Assembly (NCBI GenBank): GCA_002269645.1
Contig: NIVC01000312.1
Coordinates: 248,001-312,000 of the forward strand
Source: Macrostomum lignano
Lineage: Eukaryota
Direction: 5' to 3'
DNA: 64,000 bases
The translations under genes and the position numbers were made by a program. Of the stretch, positions 11,564 through 28,600 are shown one piece after another; the first letter of the stretch is position 1, and every line of letters starts with the position of its first letter. The notes beneath the pieces were generated by a model that saw only the letters and a program-made list of their open reading frames with translations, did not search any database and was not told where the DNA came from.

Positions 11564-14500
11564 TATTGGCAAAGTTGAAATTGTGATCTTTAAATTAGAC
11601 TTTATGCATTATGTATAGATATATTCAAGCTTTTTAGTACCTTAACTTAAATGCCAGGTCTTTTTATTTATTATGGAAGTACCTGCAAAATGTATACAAT
11701 GTATAAATTAACTTTTAAAAGGAATTTGAATGCTTTAAAATTTTGTATCATAATGTCATTGTGACAAGTAGATGGCAGGCATATAAATATAATGGTATTA
11801 TTTATATTTACTAAATATCATTCTAGTTTTTTTAGAAATGACTTAAGACAAATAAAAATATACCTTTAAAAAAACTATTTAAAAGTACTTTTCATATGTC
11901 CTAGACCTAAGGGTTCTCTGGTTGCTAAACTTATTACACTAAATTCCACTAATAAGCTATACTAGTTTTGTTTGCATTCTGTTTCTAAATAGTTCTTTAG
12001 AACAATAGATTATTACATTTGTTGGTCCTAATGTCTATAACCTATAGGTCTATGATATCCATTGCTATTTTATATATGATCTATCTAGCATAAGATCATG
12101 GCACTAGAGATTCTTCTATAGTTGAAATTCATAATTGATTTTGAGTTTTGTATATTCCTAATTGCTTTCTCAAATAGGCCCATTGGCCTAGCTTTCTTAA
12201 CTAGTAGGCCATACTGTTTGTAATTCTAATAGAAGCAGTTAAAATAACTATGTTATGATATGAAGTTGAATAATGCTTGAATATTTTTATTATATAGAGA
12301 TAACAAAGGTAAGCCTAGGACCTAGTTTTAACTACATACAAATTATTTAGCTGCTCTAACTTCTCAGTTGCGACAGTTGGGACTCAGAAAGCCATTATTA
12401 ATTTAGTTTAGACTTAAAAAGCCATTGATTTTACTATCTAGCTCTTATTCTATCTATATTGTTAAATAATAACCCTACAAATTAAAGCTTAAAGTAACAA
12501 TATATAGAGCTTATAGAGCTTATAACTTATTTATAGAATAAGTGCTACTTATATTAATAGAATAAAATTCATAGAATTAAAAGGCAAAAATTGGATTATT
12601 TATTTTGAAGGCCTATTTTAATTTAAATATTCAAAGTTTTGAAAAAAAAAATCTATTTTTTTGCAAAGTTAGTTAAACTAAATTTAATTCTAATTATAAG
12701 ATAAACAATAGGCCTAACTTGAGACAATAACTGATCAGGGCATAATATTAGATTTAGAGTGAACATCGGGCCTATTATATTACCTATTTGCTACTTTCAA
12801 GCCATAAAGCTACTTTCAAGAATTTATAGAACTGGACTACTGAAAAAGGAAAAAACACAAATACCCAATACAATACTGACTATTAGAATTAGAAGAGGCT
12901 GAGGCAGAGGCTAACAGCGACCATTCAGATCATACATATTGTTAGCACTTAAAATGAAAAAATCGGACTGACTTTATCAGTTAAATTCGTGCCGAAATAA
13001 TGCCGAGTCTATTACTCATTCAATAGCTAGCTTGAAAAACTATTGGTTAATTATTCTGTCTTTTTAGCAGCTTTGAGTGACAATACTTGGGCTAAAAATT
13101 AATAATCAATAGAACTGTGATGTAAACAAACTCCCACGCAAATTTATTTCCCACCGTTTTAAACCAAGGACTACAAGCATTACAAATTGGCACAAATTTA
13201 ATCTTGCCTCGCCTCATTGGTTTTATGAACCAATTTAATGGTCTCTGTGACGTTGCTAGTTTAAGTGGTCCCGCAAAAGGGCCGTTGGACTATAGTTTCC
13301 CTTGCAATTTCTCATATTAATTTCTCCAATTTTAACTTATAGTAGCGTGCAAATAATCTGTATCAACTGCTAATTCACTGTGTATTTGGTAGGCCTTGCG
13401 CTCGTCTGTAAATTTTGGCACGATCGATAATTTCAAGTTCTCTCGCCAGCCAATGAAAACTCTCCGTGTTTACGCTACCCCCTTTTGCGCTCTTTATTAA
13501 CCCCCCGTCTGGCGGCGGGCTGGTTTTTCACCCCCCTTTCGTGCTGCCGTCCCTTCGCGGCCTTGTTTTCCTTCTCTCTGTCTGGCTGTCTCGAGCCTCC
13601 TTATTTCTCGCCACGGCCCCTCCGTCTGGGCCAGCCTACTCACACGCTTACTTGACTGTCTCACGCCACGGCTGACGCCAATCTCGCCACTGCTACTCAC
13701 TGCCTCCACTGTGTTCATTGCCATTGCTCCTCACGTTACGTCGCCGTTGCATCATTCGTCTGCCACTTGACTTCACATTCAATTTATCTTCAAAAAACCA
13801 TTGTTGCAGCCGCCAGTGCCCAGAAAGCTATAGTTTGTTTATTGACAGTAATAACCAAGCCTAATATTGATACTACCAATAAAACCAACTACGGCAGTTC
13901 CTGCCTTTATCGCCAAGTGCTCCGCTACAAAATCCGCTTTACAAGAGTTGACTTCAACTTATTTTGGGACTAAAACGGCCCTTTTAAGGGTCTTAGCCAT
14001 AGCTAGCCGCTACGCCAACATCGTGACAGTCTCTTTTATCATTCTTTAACATTTAACACATTTTGTCATTACGCTAAGAATGATAAAATAAGATTCATAA
14101 AACCAATGAGTCCAGCATTCTTTTGATTTTTAGGCACACAACATTTGTACGATTGTACACATAAAATTAGCACAGAATACTAATTTCCTCAACGAAAAGT
14201 TTTATGAATTGAGCTATGGGAAAGGCAGTAAATAGAAAATATGAACATAAGGGTCTGCCTCCTATCAGAAGCAATAAAAACTTCTGTGTTGAAAGAATGA
14301 AAACCTCCTATATATCTCCGCAAAGTTTTTTTCAGTAAAACCTAGGCCTCCCAATTTTTTTCTAACTAACGTAGTACGTTTCTCGTCCTTCTAATTGAAG
14401 TAGTTATTGATTTAAACCCGTACTCAATAATTCCTAATTATTGATAAGTATACTAAATGAGTAATACTAGCACTTCGACTATAAACTATTCGACTGTGAA

Positions 14501-15253
14501 CCTCCGAAAACGTTTAGTTCAAAGCTGAACTTCGAGGTTCATTCTGAGTCTTAAAGCTCACCTGAAATCCCTACGCATTTTATCCCCTATAGTATGGATC
14601 GACCTGAATGCATGGGATGTCTCGGCGTTTATAGTCGACTGGTTAGACAAGTTATCCCATAACAGCAGTTGGTTTGGTCAGCAGGCCTGCGCTGATTTCG
14701 ACTCAATTTCATTTCTTTTGCTCACATAAAATTTTCAGCCTGACTAATGCAACCCAGTTATTTTTAGATACACACATGTATGGCTCCTGCACTTAGCTAC
14801 GCTCATAGGTGTCCAACATGGAATGCGATATTGCTCTCAGACAGACTCCGATCAGACCACTCTAAAACAATATCTACTCGTACATGTACATTGCTTAACG
14901 TCGACAGGTAGCGGCCTAAAAATTCAGGTTTTTATTTTTAGTAAGAAGTCAGCAAGAAATAAATGGAGAAATTTTTCGGACAGCAATTCGGACCTTGTTC
15001 CGTGGTTGCCATTATATTTTTTTACATTGCCTGCACGTGAATGAGATCTTTGATAAGAAATTAATGTGCTTTGAAGTAGGAAACAGCAATAAAAATATTA
15101 CACATGTACATGTCCGGTACATGTCCAAGAACTTACGTTCAATCTTACCAGTTATAACTCAAAAAATGTTTATTCTCGATCATAAGGCAGACGATATACA
15201 TATTGCAGGAAACAAAATCAATATACTTAGTCCCAATTGCAAAGAGAACTCAC

Positions 15254-15562
15254 CGATACAGGAGTAGTTGACGAACAAGAACTTGAAGTTCATGACGCAC
15301 GGATCACCAAAGACGGCATTCGTTGCCAACACGTCGCACGACTCCTTCTGCTGGCAGGCTGCCCGAACCAGCTGAAGCGACCATGCGCTCCAGCAATCAG
15401 TGGTCGTGTCAGTTTCGAGGGTGCAGTGGGGTGCCGAGAATTCTTCCGACTTTCCATACAAGGCGAAGTGAACATCGATGGTTGCTAGGAGACCCTGCGG
15501 CTGGCTACAGTTCAGTACAGCGACTTCTGACTCGCACACGAGCACAGAGTGAACGGATGGAG
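15254..15562 (-). CDS. SUEL (galactose/rhamnose-binding) lectin-domain exon, phase 1-1; parent gene not resolved
   Basis: VCESEVAVLNC..FALYGK..CQQKESCDVLATNAVFGDPC..FLFVNYSC. Acceptor TTTTTTCTCAG| and donor G|GTGAGT. Confidence 0.85.
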
Positions 15563-15629
15563 CTGAGAAAAAAGATGCATTTTAATGGATAGATTTATTT
15601 ATTCAATAGTATGTCAATGCTAACCTTTC

Positions 15630-15960
15630 TTTGCTTACCGATCTCCTCTCTCCTCTCCTCTCTCCTCTCCTCTCTCTTCTCCTCTCCTCTCTCCTCTCCT
15701 CTCTCTTCTCCTCTCCTCTCTCCTCTCCTCTCTCTTCTCCTCTCCTCTCTCCTCTCTACTCTCTCCTCTCTCCTCTCTCGTCTCTCCTCTCCTCTCTCCT
15801 CTCCTCCTCTCCTCCTCCGCTTCTCCCCCTTCTTATCTCTGCTCTCTCCTATGTTTTCCCTGTCTCCCCTCTCTCTTTCTCTCATCTTCCTCTTCTCTTT
15901 ACTCAGCCCTCATGTCTCTCATATCTCATCTCGCATCTCTTTATTTGATCTCTCCTATCC
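15630..15960. repeat. CT-rich low-complexity tract
   Basis: (CTCTC)n / (CT)n mixture. Confidence 0.95.
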
Positions 15961-16514
15961 CTACAGTCATGAAACACCACTTCAGTAGCAACTGCTGAAC
16001 ATACCGCTGCAAAACACCACAAAGTGGCTAACAAAGATCGAACTCGTTAAAAGCACAATCGCAGAATTTGAAGAAAATCTCATTGTGAAATATTAAATCA
16101 GCGGGCTTCAATCTTGAATTACGTATGAAAAAGGTGGGGATTTGAACATTTGGGGAAATTTTCCCAGTTGCTAAATACATATGTATGAGACATACGCGCC
16201 TATAAGAACAAATGAATGTGCACGTTTTGAAGCAATAGAATTTTAATGACAATGGCTTCTGAGAGTGAGAACGCTAAATTGCTTCGATTTTTAGCAGCAA
16301 AGCAGAAAAATTTTATGCGTTGAAAGAGTTGACAAAATTCTGCTATTAATAGTGCCAAAAGCCCATTGCGTTTGAAAACAATGAGCTGAAAGCATTTCGC
16401 TGTCACCTAGGAGTAACCAGAAAAATTTTCAAGTAAATCGCTTTCAGCGCCTATTGTTTGAGCAATGCACCATATCTCTCTACCCAACACTCCTCAGTCC
16501 GATTCAACACCTTT

Positions 16515-17370
16515 CCGATCCCACACCCCTCTCAATCCCGATCCCACACTCCTCAATCCCGATCCCATTCCTCTCAATCCCGATCCCACACTCCTCAATC
16601 CCGATCCCACACCCTCAATCCCGATCCCACACTCCTCAATCCCGATCCCACACCCTCAATCCCGATCCCACACTCCTCAATCCCGATCCCACACTCCTCA
16701 ATCCCGATCCCACACTCCTCAATCCCGATCCCACACCCTCAATCCCGATCCCACACTCCTCAATCCCGATCCCACACCCTCAATCCCGATCCCACACTCC
16801 TCAATCCCGATCCCACACTCCTCAATCCTGATCCCACACTCCTCAATCCCGATCCCACACTCCTCAATCCCGATCCCACACCCCTCAATCCCGATCCCAC
16901 ACTCCTCAATCCCGATCCCACAACCCTCAATCCCGATCCCACACTCCTCAATCCCGATCCCACACCCCTCAATCCCGATCCCACACTCCACACTCCTCAA
17001 TCCCGATCCCACACTCCTCAATCCCGATCCCACACCCCTCAATCCCGATCCCACACCCCTTAATCCCGATCCCACACCCCTCAATCCCGATCCCACACTC
17101 CTCAATCCCGATCCCACACTCCTCAATCCCGATCCCACACTCCTCAATCCCGATCCCACACTCCTCAATCCCGATCCCACACCCTCAATCCCGATCCCAC
17201 ACTCCTCAATCCCGATCCCACACTCCTCAATCCCGATCCCACACTCCTCAATCCCGATCCCACACTCCTCAATCCCGATCCCAGACTCCTCAATCCCGAT
17301 CCCACACCCTCGATCAATCCTGATCCCACATATCACTAAATCCCGATCCCACACCTCTCAATCCCGATGT
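16515..17370. repeat. 21-bp minisatellite with 20-bp variants
   Basis: Unit CCTCAATCCCGATCCCACACT. Confidence 0.95.
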
Positions 17371-17774
17371 CAAATATTAGTGAATTTTAAACATTGAAAA
17401 CTCGTAAAAATAGCTATTCTTTAATAGTCTGAGTACTCGAGTAGCCATGGCAACAATCAGTTTTAAATGACGCGATTCGTCACTTGCTGGTCAGTGGAAA
17501 CTACAGTCTCATCAGTGATCACGATGTGGTCGCTGAGTATGAAGAATTCGTTTCCTTTGCTTCCACCACCGCTGCCGCCAGCGCTGTTTTCGGCGTAGAT
17601 TTCGTCGTTTTCAATGCCAGCAAGCCCGCTAAGGACTCGACCTCGGCCTGGTGATGACATGGTTTAGAGAGTTTTCCGGGTATAAATTATCGCCTACTGA
17701 AAGTAGTTAAAAATTTTTTTAAGCGATTGTATTACAGTGTTGCAGCGCCCTTAGTTAAAAAAATGTAGTGTGTC

Positions 17775-18315
17775 GTGTCCGGCGCCCCGTGTCTAATATG
17801 TCTCGCGCCGTGTCTAATATGTCTGGCGCCCCGTGTCTAATATGTCTGGCGCCCCGTGTCTAATATGTCTCGCGCCGTGTCTAATATGTCTGGCGCCCCG
17901 TGTCTAATATGTCTGGCGCCCCGTGTCTAATATGTCTGGCACCCCATGTTTAATATGTCTGGCGCCCCGTTCCTAATATGTCTGGCGCCCCGTGTCTAAT
18001 CTGTCTAGCGCCGTGTCTAATATGTCTGGCGCCCCGTGTCTAATATGTCTGGCACCCCATGTTTAATATGTCTGGCGCCCCGTGTCTAATATGTCTGGCG
18101 TCAAGTGTCTAATATGTCTGGCACCCCATGTTTAATATGTCTGGCGCCCCGTGTCTAATATGTCTGGCGCCCCGTGTCTAATCTTTCTAGCGCCGTGTCT
18201 AATATGTCTGGCACCCCATGTTTAATATGTCTGGCGCCCCGTGTCTAATATGTCTGGCGCCCCGTGTCTAATCTGTCTAGCGCCGTGTCTAATATGTCTG
18301 GCGCCCCGTGTCTAG
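17775..18315. repeat. 23-bp minisatellite
   Basis: Unit GGCGCCCCGTGTCTAATATGTCT. Confidence 0.95.
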
Positions 18316-18376
18316 ACGTCTAGCGTATTTATCCCCCGTGTAGTATACGTGCAACTTCTAGACTGTACTTTCTTTT

Positions 18377-18800
18377 TCATTCTGGGCGCGACCTGCATTC
18401 GTTGATGTCTGGTGACCCAAGGCTGAACAGATTCAAACACATACCGCCGATTCCACTGCCGCTGCTGGCGAATGGAAACACCTCGGCCGACTTTCTTAGA
18501 AACAGCCTAGGCAACAGGTCCAAGTCCGGATCCCTAACCAGCGCCCCCAGCCAATCAACGAAGGCGTCCTGTATCGGGCAGCGGCCGGAGGACTCGCCCT
18601 CAAGCCAGGCTGAGTAGCGGGCCAGCGACTGCGGCAGGGCGAGGCGCACGTAGCCCAACAAGCGCAGGTCCTGTGCCTTGTCTCGAATCCTGGCTGCCAG
18701 TGGCCGGCAAACCGTGACGATGTCGCGCAGCGTAAAAGCGCCGGATTGGCTGCCGCTGCTGAATTTTGGCACCAATTTGAAATGGAGATAGTAGCCGGAT
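18377..18800 (-). CDS. Probable coding exon of unknown product
   Basis: Open frame with GC3-rich codons (FTLRDIVTVCRPLAARIR...YSAWLEG..CPIQDAFVDWLG) ending in DINEC. Domain identity and splice sites uncertain. Confidence 0.35.
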
Positions 18801-19044
18801 ACACGGCGTTTGAGTTTTGAGAAACAGTTCTTCGATTGTAGAGACATTTATGGACTGAGAAATGACCCGAGTTCCTTGTTAAGTAGCCTACAAACCGATA
18901 ATATAAAACTTTGAAAATCAAATTGATTCCAGTAGAGGCATAAAGTGATTTTAAGCTTGTTAGTCGGTGACAAAAAGCTTTAGTTTATGGTATAAACCCA
19001 CGCCAGGAATAAGCCAAGAATTTAGGAGGACGAGAATTTGAGGG

Positions 19045-19335
19045 TATGGACTGGAGACTGTAGATTGGAGAGTGCAGATTGGAGAGTGCAGATTGGAGGG
19101 TGTAGACTGGATGGTGTAGACTGGAGGGTGTAGACTGGAGGGTGTAGATTGGACGGTGTAGATTGGAGAGTAAAGACTAGAGTTTAGATTGGAGGGTATA
19201 CAGTAGGGGGTGTAGATTGGAGGGTGTAGATTGGAGGGTGTAGATTTGAGGGTGTAGGTTGGAGAGTGTAGATTAGAGGGTGTAGACTAAAGGGTGTAGA
19301 TTGGAGGGTATAGACAGTAGGGGGTGGACTGGAGG
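19045..19335. repeat. 14-bp minisatellite
   Basis: Unit GATTGGAGGGTGTA. Confidence 0.9.
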
Positions 19336-19673
19336 GATAGCCACAGAATTAGTATATGCCCCCACTGCCTGCATTACAGAAGCGCTTGCGTGACAGAATT
19401 CTGCATTCAGCCCATTCCAGCAACCATTGCTTGACACCCGAGCTCTGGGTGTGGCTCTCGAATTTCAGGATGTAAAAAGACGATTTCCTCATCATCCCTG
19501 CTGGCCTTTTCTGCCTCCTCTCACACACTGATTAGGATGAATCACTGAAAAGGGGTGTGGCCCGCGACCTCATAAAACCCCACAACAGGGGTAATATAAG
19601 GGCAGGGAAAAGGTAGAAAAAGGTGCTTCAGTGAGTGCGTCTTTTTCCAACAAAACAGTCGGAATCGGAAGGT

Positions 19674-24630
<4,957 letters not shown>

Positions 24631-25069
24631 TGCAAACCATTCACTGGACAAGGTGAACAGACTCATGCACTTCTGATAAATCGTTTTCAAGCGAAGACTT
24701 CATTTAAAAGTTCAGTCTATTGCACCTTTAAGCTCCTGGACACGTCATCACGTCATAGCGTAATTTACGAATTTACAATTCGGTTTCGCTGTCGGTTTTG
24801 AACTTTTTCGTTGTATTAGCTCACCCAAATTAAGTAATTTGGTTATCTACTTTGAACATAAAAATTGATTGATGCAGTTGTTCTCGCTGTACTTGTGTCT
24901 TGTCAATAGTTACTGCAGATTGACCGATATAATATGTAGTTTGTAGTGTAGTTTAACAACAATTTGCTTGAGCCATTAAATTGAAAGATTCTACCAACAT
25001 GCAAGTAAGAGAGATACTTTTTAAAGTAGATTTTTTTAGTTTTTTTACAATATATAATATAGTAATAAC

Positions 25070-25355
25070 AATTCATTACGACTGGCCTAATGTACAGACG
25101 TGCAACCGACAGCTCAGCCGCAGCTATTGCTCGGCGCATCTGAAGGCTGCGTACGGCTGTTCAGTCCAAGGACTGGGGGGTCGCCACACACCCTCAATTA
25201 CCCCAGCTAATGCTGGCACCCATTTTACAGCTGGTTAAACTGAAGCAATGCAGAGTAAACTGTCTTGCTCAAGGACACAAATTGTTCCGGGTGGGTCGAG
25301 AATCGAACCCCCAACTTTTCAATCGCGAATCCGACGCTCTATCCCCATAGGCTAC
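25070..25355 (-). mobile_element. tRNA-derived CORE-type SINE
   Basis: Minus strand: tRNA head with A-box-like TAGCCTATGGGATAGAGCG and B box GGTTCGATTC, then CORE-like TGTGTCCTTGAGCAAGACA...CAGCTGTAAAATGGG. Confidence 0.75.
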
Positions 25356-25699
25356 AACCCCTTGTGTTAGTTTTTCAAATTTCTTTTAAGCTTTGTCCCA
25401 TATCAGTGGTTATATGCGTGCATTAACGATGTTACTGTGCTCTGACTATAATTGATAGAGGTGGCTACTAAGAAAATAGAGTTTTGGTTGCTAGCTGTTA
25501 AAGTAAGCAGATCTGCTATAGTCATTGAAGAATATCAACTAATAGAATAATCATTGACCTGTGTGAGTCCGATTGTGCTTAAAATCATCAAGAGTAAACC
25601 TACAGAGTCATAACCGGAACTGAATCAGGTCGCAGTTTGATGATAGCAAAATCCAGTGAGCTTTCGTGCAAGCTGTCACTGAACAGGAACTACAGGAGC

Positions 25700-28600
25700 T
25701 CAGAGCTCTTCCACCTTTTCAACCGCAGTCGTCTCGGTGCTGCCGATGTAGGAGTTCATCACGGATTGCACTGTCCCATCAGATTTAAGAGCAAACAACG
25801 CCCTGAAAATGTAGAACAGAAGCTCAAGAAGTTCGCACAGGGTGAGTATTGAAACGCCACACCAGAGGCCCAGAATGCCTGCAATTGAAGTTAAAAAATC
25901 GCTGAGAGTTAAATGCAAGACATTCTAACACGGTACTATAATCTGAACATCATTTCAATTGAGTACCTCCAAAGTCAGCCACTAAGTTCTTTGTGGGGTA
26001 GGCTTCCTCTTCAGAGATCTCCTGAATTTTGGCGCTCCACGCTTTGACTGTCAGCCAGGCGAGACGATTTTGAAGCGCCTCGAGTTCTGCGTCAAAGTTG
26101 AGCCTATCACTGGCTGTTTTATTGTCTGACGAAGACTCGGAGTAGCTCTGCACTTTCAGCAATACCTGATAGATATTAGCGAGGCCTCTCATACCGCTGA
26201 TGCTGGTTCTGTAGCCAAAGTTCGAGGCCAGCTGTTTTATTAGCTCAATTGATTGGGTATTTTTTAAATTGGGCCACGAATAAGTGACGAATCTGGTACT
26301 GTAGTCATCTGTGCGGCACGGCGGCTGGCAAATCTGGCTGCCTTCGAACTGGTAACGCTGTATCTCTGACACCTGTTCGTTGTAGCAGGTCTCAACAACT
26401 CGAGAGAAATTGCTAATGTCCTTGATGTCGAAACAGTTTTTGTACTTCGTGACTAAAGCCACTGGAATAGGTTGAAACGATGGTAAACACTTACAGTAGT
26501 CGATAAACTTTTGCACAATGTAGGTGTTGATGCAGTCCTCTCGATCAGAGACAAACTGCCTCTCGGAATCTTTCAAATCACTAAAATGGCAAATTAAGTA
26601 CCTATTCATCCTTCATTTCTAATAAAGACTCGAATGAAATGCAGCTTCACTTACATTGTCCCTCCTTTTAATTCAGTCATCTCACGTAGCTTTGTCAGCT
26701 TTTCAGCCCAATCTGATGAGGCAATTACCGCCTTAGCTGCTCTCTCAATTCTGCAATCATAAAAAATTTTTGATTACAAAAATCGAATACATAGATACAC
26801 ACGAGATCTACATGTTTGAGACTAGTTCACACAGCTCACTTTCCGCCATCATTTGATGAAGATAGATCCCAGGAAGGCAGTCGGTAACTATCCAGTTTTT
26901 CGGTCTCCTGACAAGGACTGGATTTAGTGGAGAGTCTTGAGTACTTCTCAAACCTAAGCTGCACGTCCATGCGTTGAGCAGCCGCTATCGCGATACTCCT
27001 GGACGCCCAGGGAAATTTCTTCTCCGGCACAATGATCGCCTGCGGTTTCAGAAACGGCAGAATGAACTCTTTGGCAAAAAGTTTGTAGAAGCATCGTTGA
27101 AAGAATTCCTTACATTTAGCGCCATATTGCTGTCATCAGAGGATGACATCACGCTGTCGTGAACAACTTGGTTGAGTTTTTCCATGCCAAATGGAAGCCG
27201 ACCCTTGGAATCTGTCGAGTCGGTGAAGTACATGATTGACAGCTCACTATTCGCCAGCTGTGTACTTGTCATATTGGCGGTAAACTTTCGCTTTAGAAAC
27301 TGGTGGCACATGCCAAGCTGGGGGTGCTCAAAATTCACAAAGTGCTCATTGGTGCACTTCTGGCCGGCGAAGCTGCAGCTGGCAAGTGCGATGCTGAGAT
27401 CGCTGCCAAATTGACGAGCGAGCAGATGCCTGCCCACAGAGTCTCTGATGGCGCCTGGGACGCTGCGAAATTTCGAATCTGCGACAATGTTTTAAATTAA
27501 GTCTGAAATTAATTGTTTTAATCTCGGATTAATATAATATTAAACATTCAAAACTCACAGCACAACGCCAAGTTACACGGCTCGAAGGCCATTTCGAAAA
27601 GAGTATGTTGAGAAATTTCTACGCGGTCAATGAAGCGAAGAGCGCGTTCCGGCAAGCAGGCGGGGACCTCAGACTCGAATGCTTTTTGACGCCTGAAATG
27701 AAATTGATTTATCGCTTTTAGCCTTCTGTTGGAATAGTAAAACAGATAAGATGCAGGATCCTCTGGCTCACTCGAAGTGGCTGTAGTTTTCATTCGCTAT
27801 GTCCATCACTACGCTCACTGAGCGGCAGTAGTTGTCCGTATTCGTCTTGGCTACGTCTGGCGTTTCAATTTGCATTTTCAGTAGCCTCCCAACTCCTTAA
27901 ATGTGAGTATTTTTGCAATCCATTTACCATATTGATTGGTTATTGTTTTAGTTAGGCCGTATGAATAAAGTGAGCTTTAGTTCCCAAATCCTAACTTAGC
28001 ATGACAAAAGCAACGCGCCATCGCGTTTCATTTCTGCCCCACTTCAATGCTCCTATGTCTATGGCCAAAAAGAGCTGTATGAAATGGAAGTATATAAAGG
28101 AAAAGACAGTAACCTCAACAGGTGGCAGGAGGGAAGACATTGCAGATCTCGGATCAAAAATGTTGTTGAACAGGAGTGTCGCAAACTCAACGTCAACGAG
28201 CTCCGTGGTCTTCATGACATTGAGATGTCAGCGCGAACGGAAGTGTAGACTAAGTAAAACGGAACAGGATAGTGTTCAATGCATTTGAGCGCACATATAA
28301 GGCAATGCTGACTGCGTTGTTAATATTGAACTTTTTTGTATTTGCTATTGTGTGTAACTGTTGGTCCGTTCGACGATGCGTGGATTGTCTATAAATACAC
28401 TGGCTTGTTGTAGACAGTTGTCTATGGTGAAAAGTCTGGCTTGTTGTAGACAGTTGTCTATGGTAAAAACTCTGGCTTGTTGTAGACAGTTGTCTATGGT
28501 AAAAAGCCCGGCAGCAAAGGATTGAAGAGGGTGGAAATATACGAATCCAAACTTGCAATCGATGGTCAGATTCTCGTTAAAGACAGAGAGCCAGCTTAAC

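Noticed and set aside
13466-14049. GC-richer patch with short ORFs
   Set aside because: No identifiable domain, repeat boundary or splice pattern.
16454-17397. Long ORFs in several frames (PQSRSHT, LNPDPT, SIPIPH repeats)
   Set aside because: 21-bp minisatellite open in all frames; no coding signature.
25290-25355. tRNA gene
   Set aside because: A tRNA-like head followed by a CORE domain, so a SINE; no complete cloverleaf is evident.
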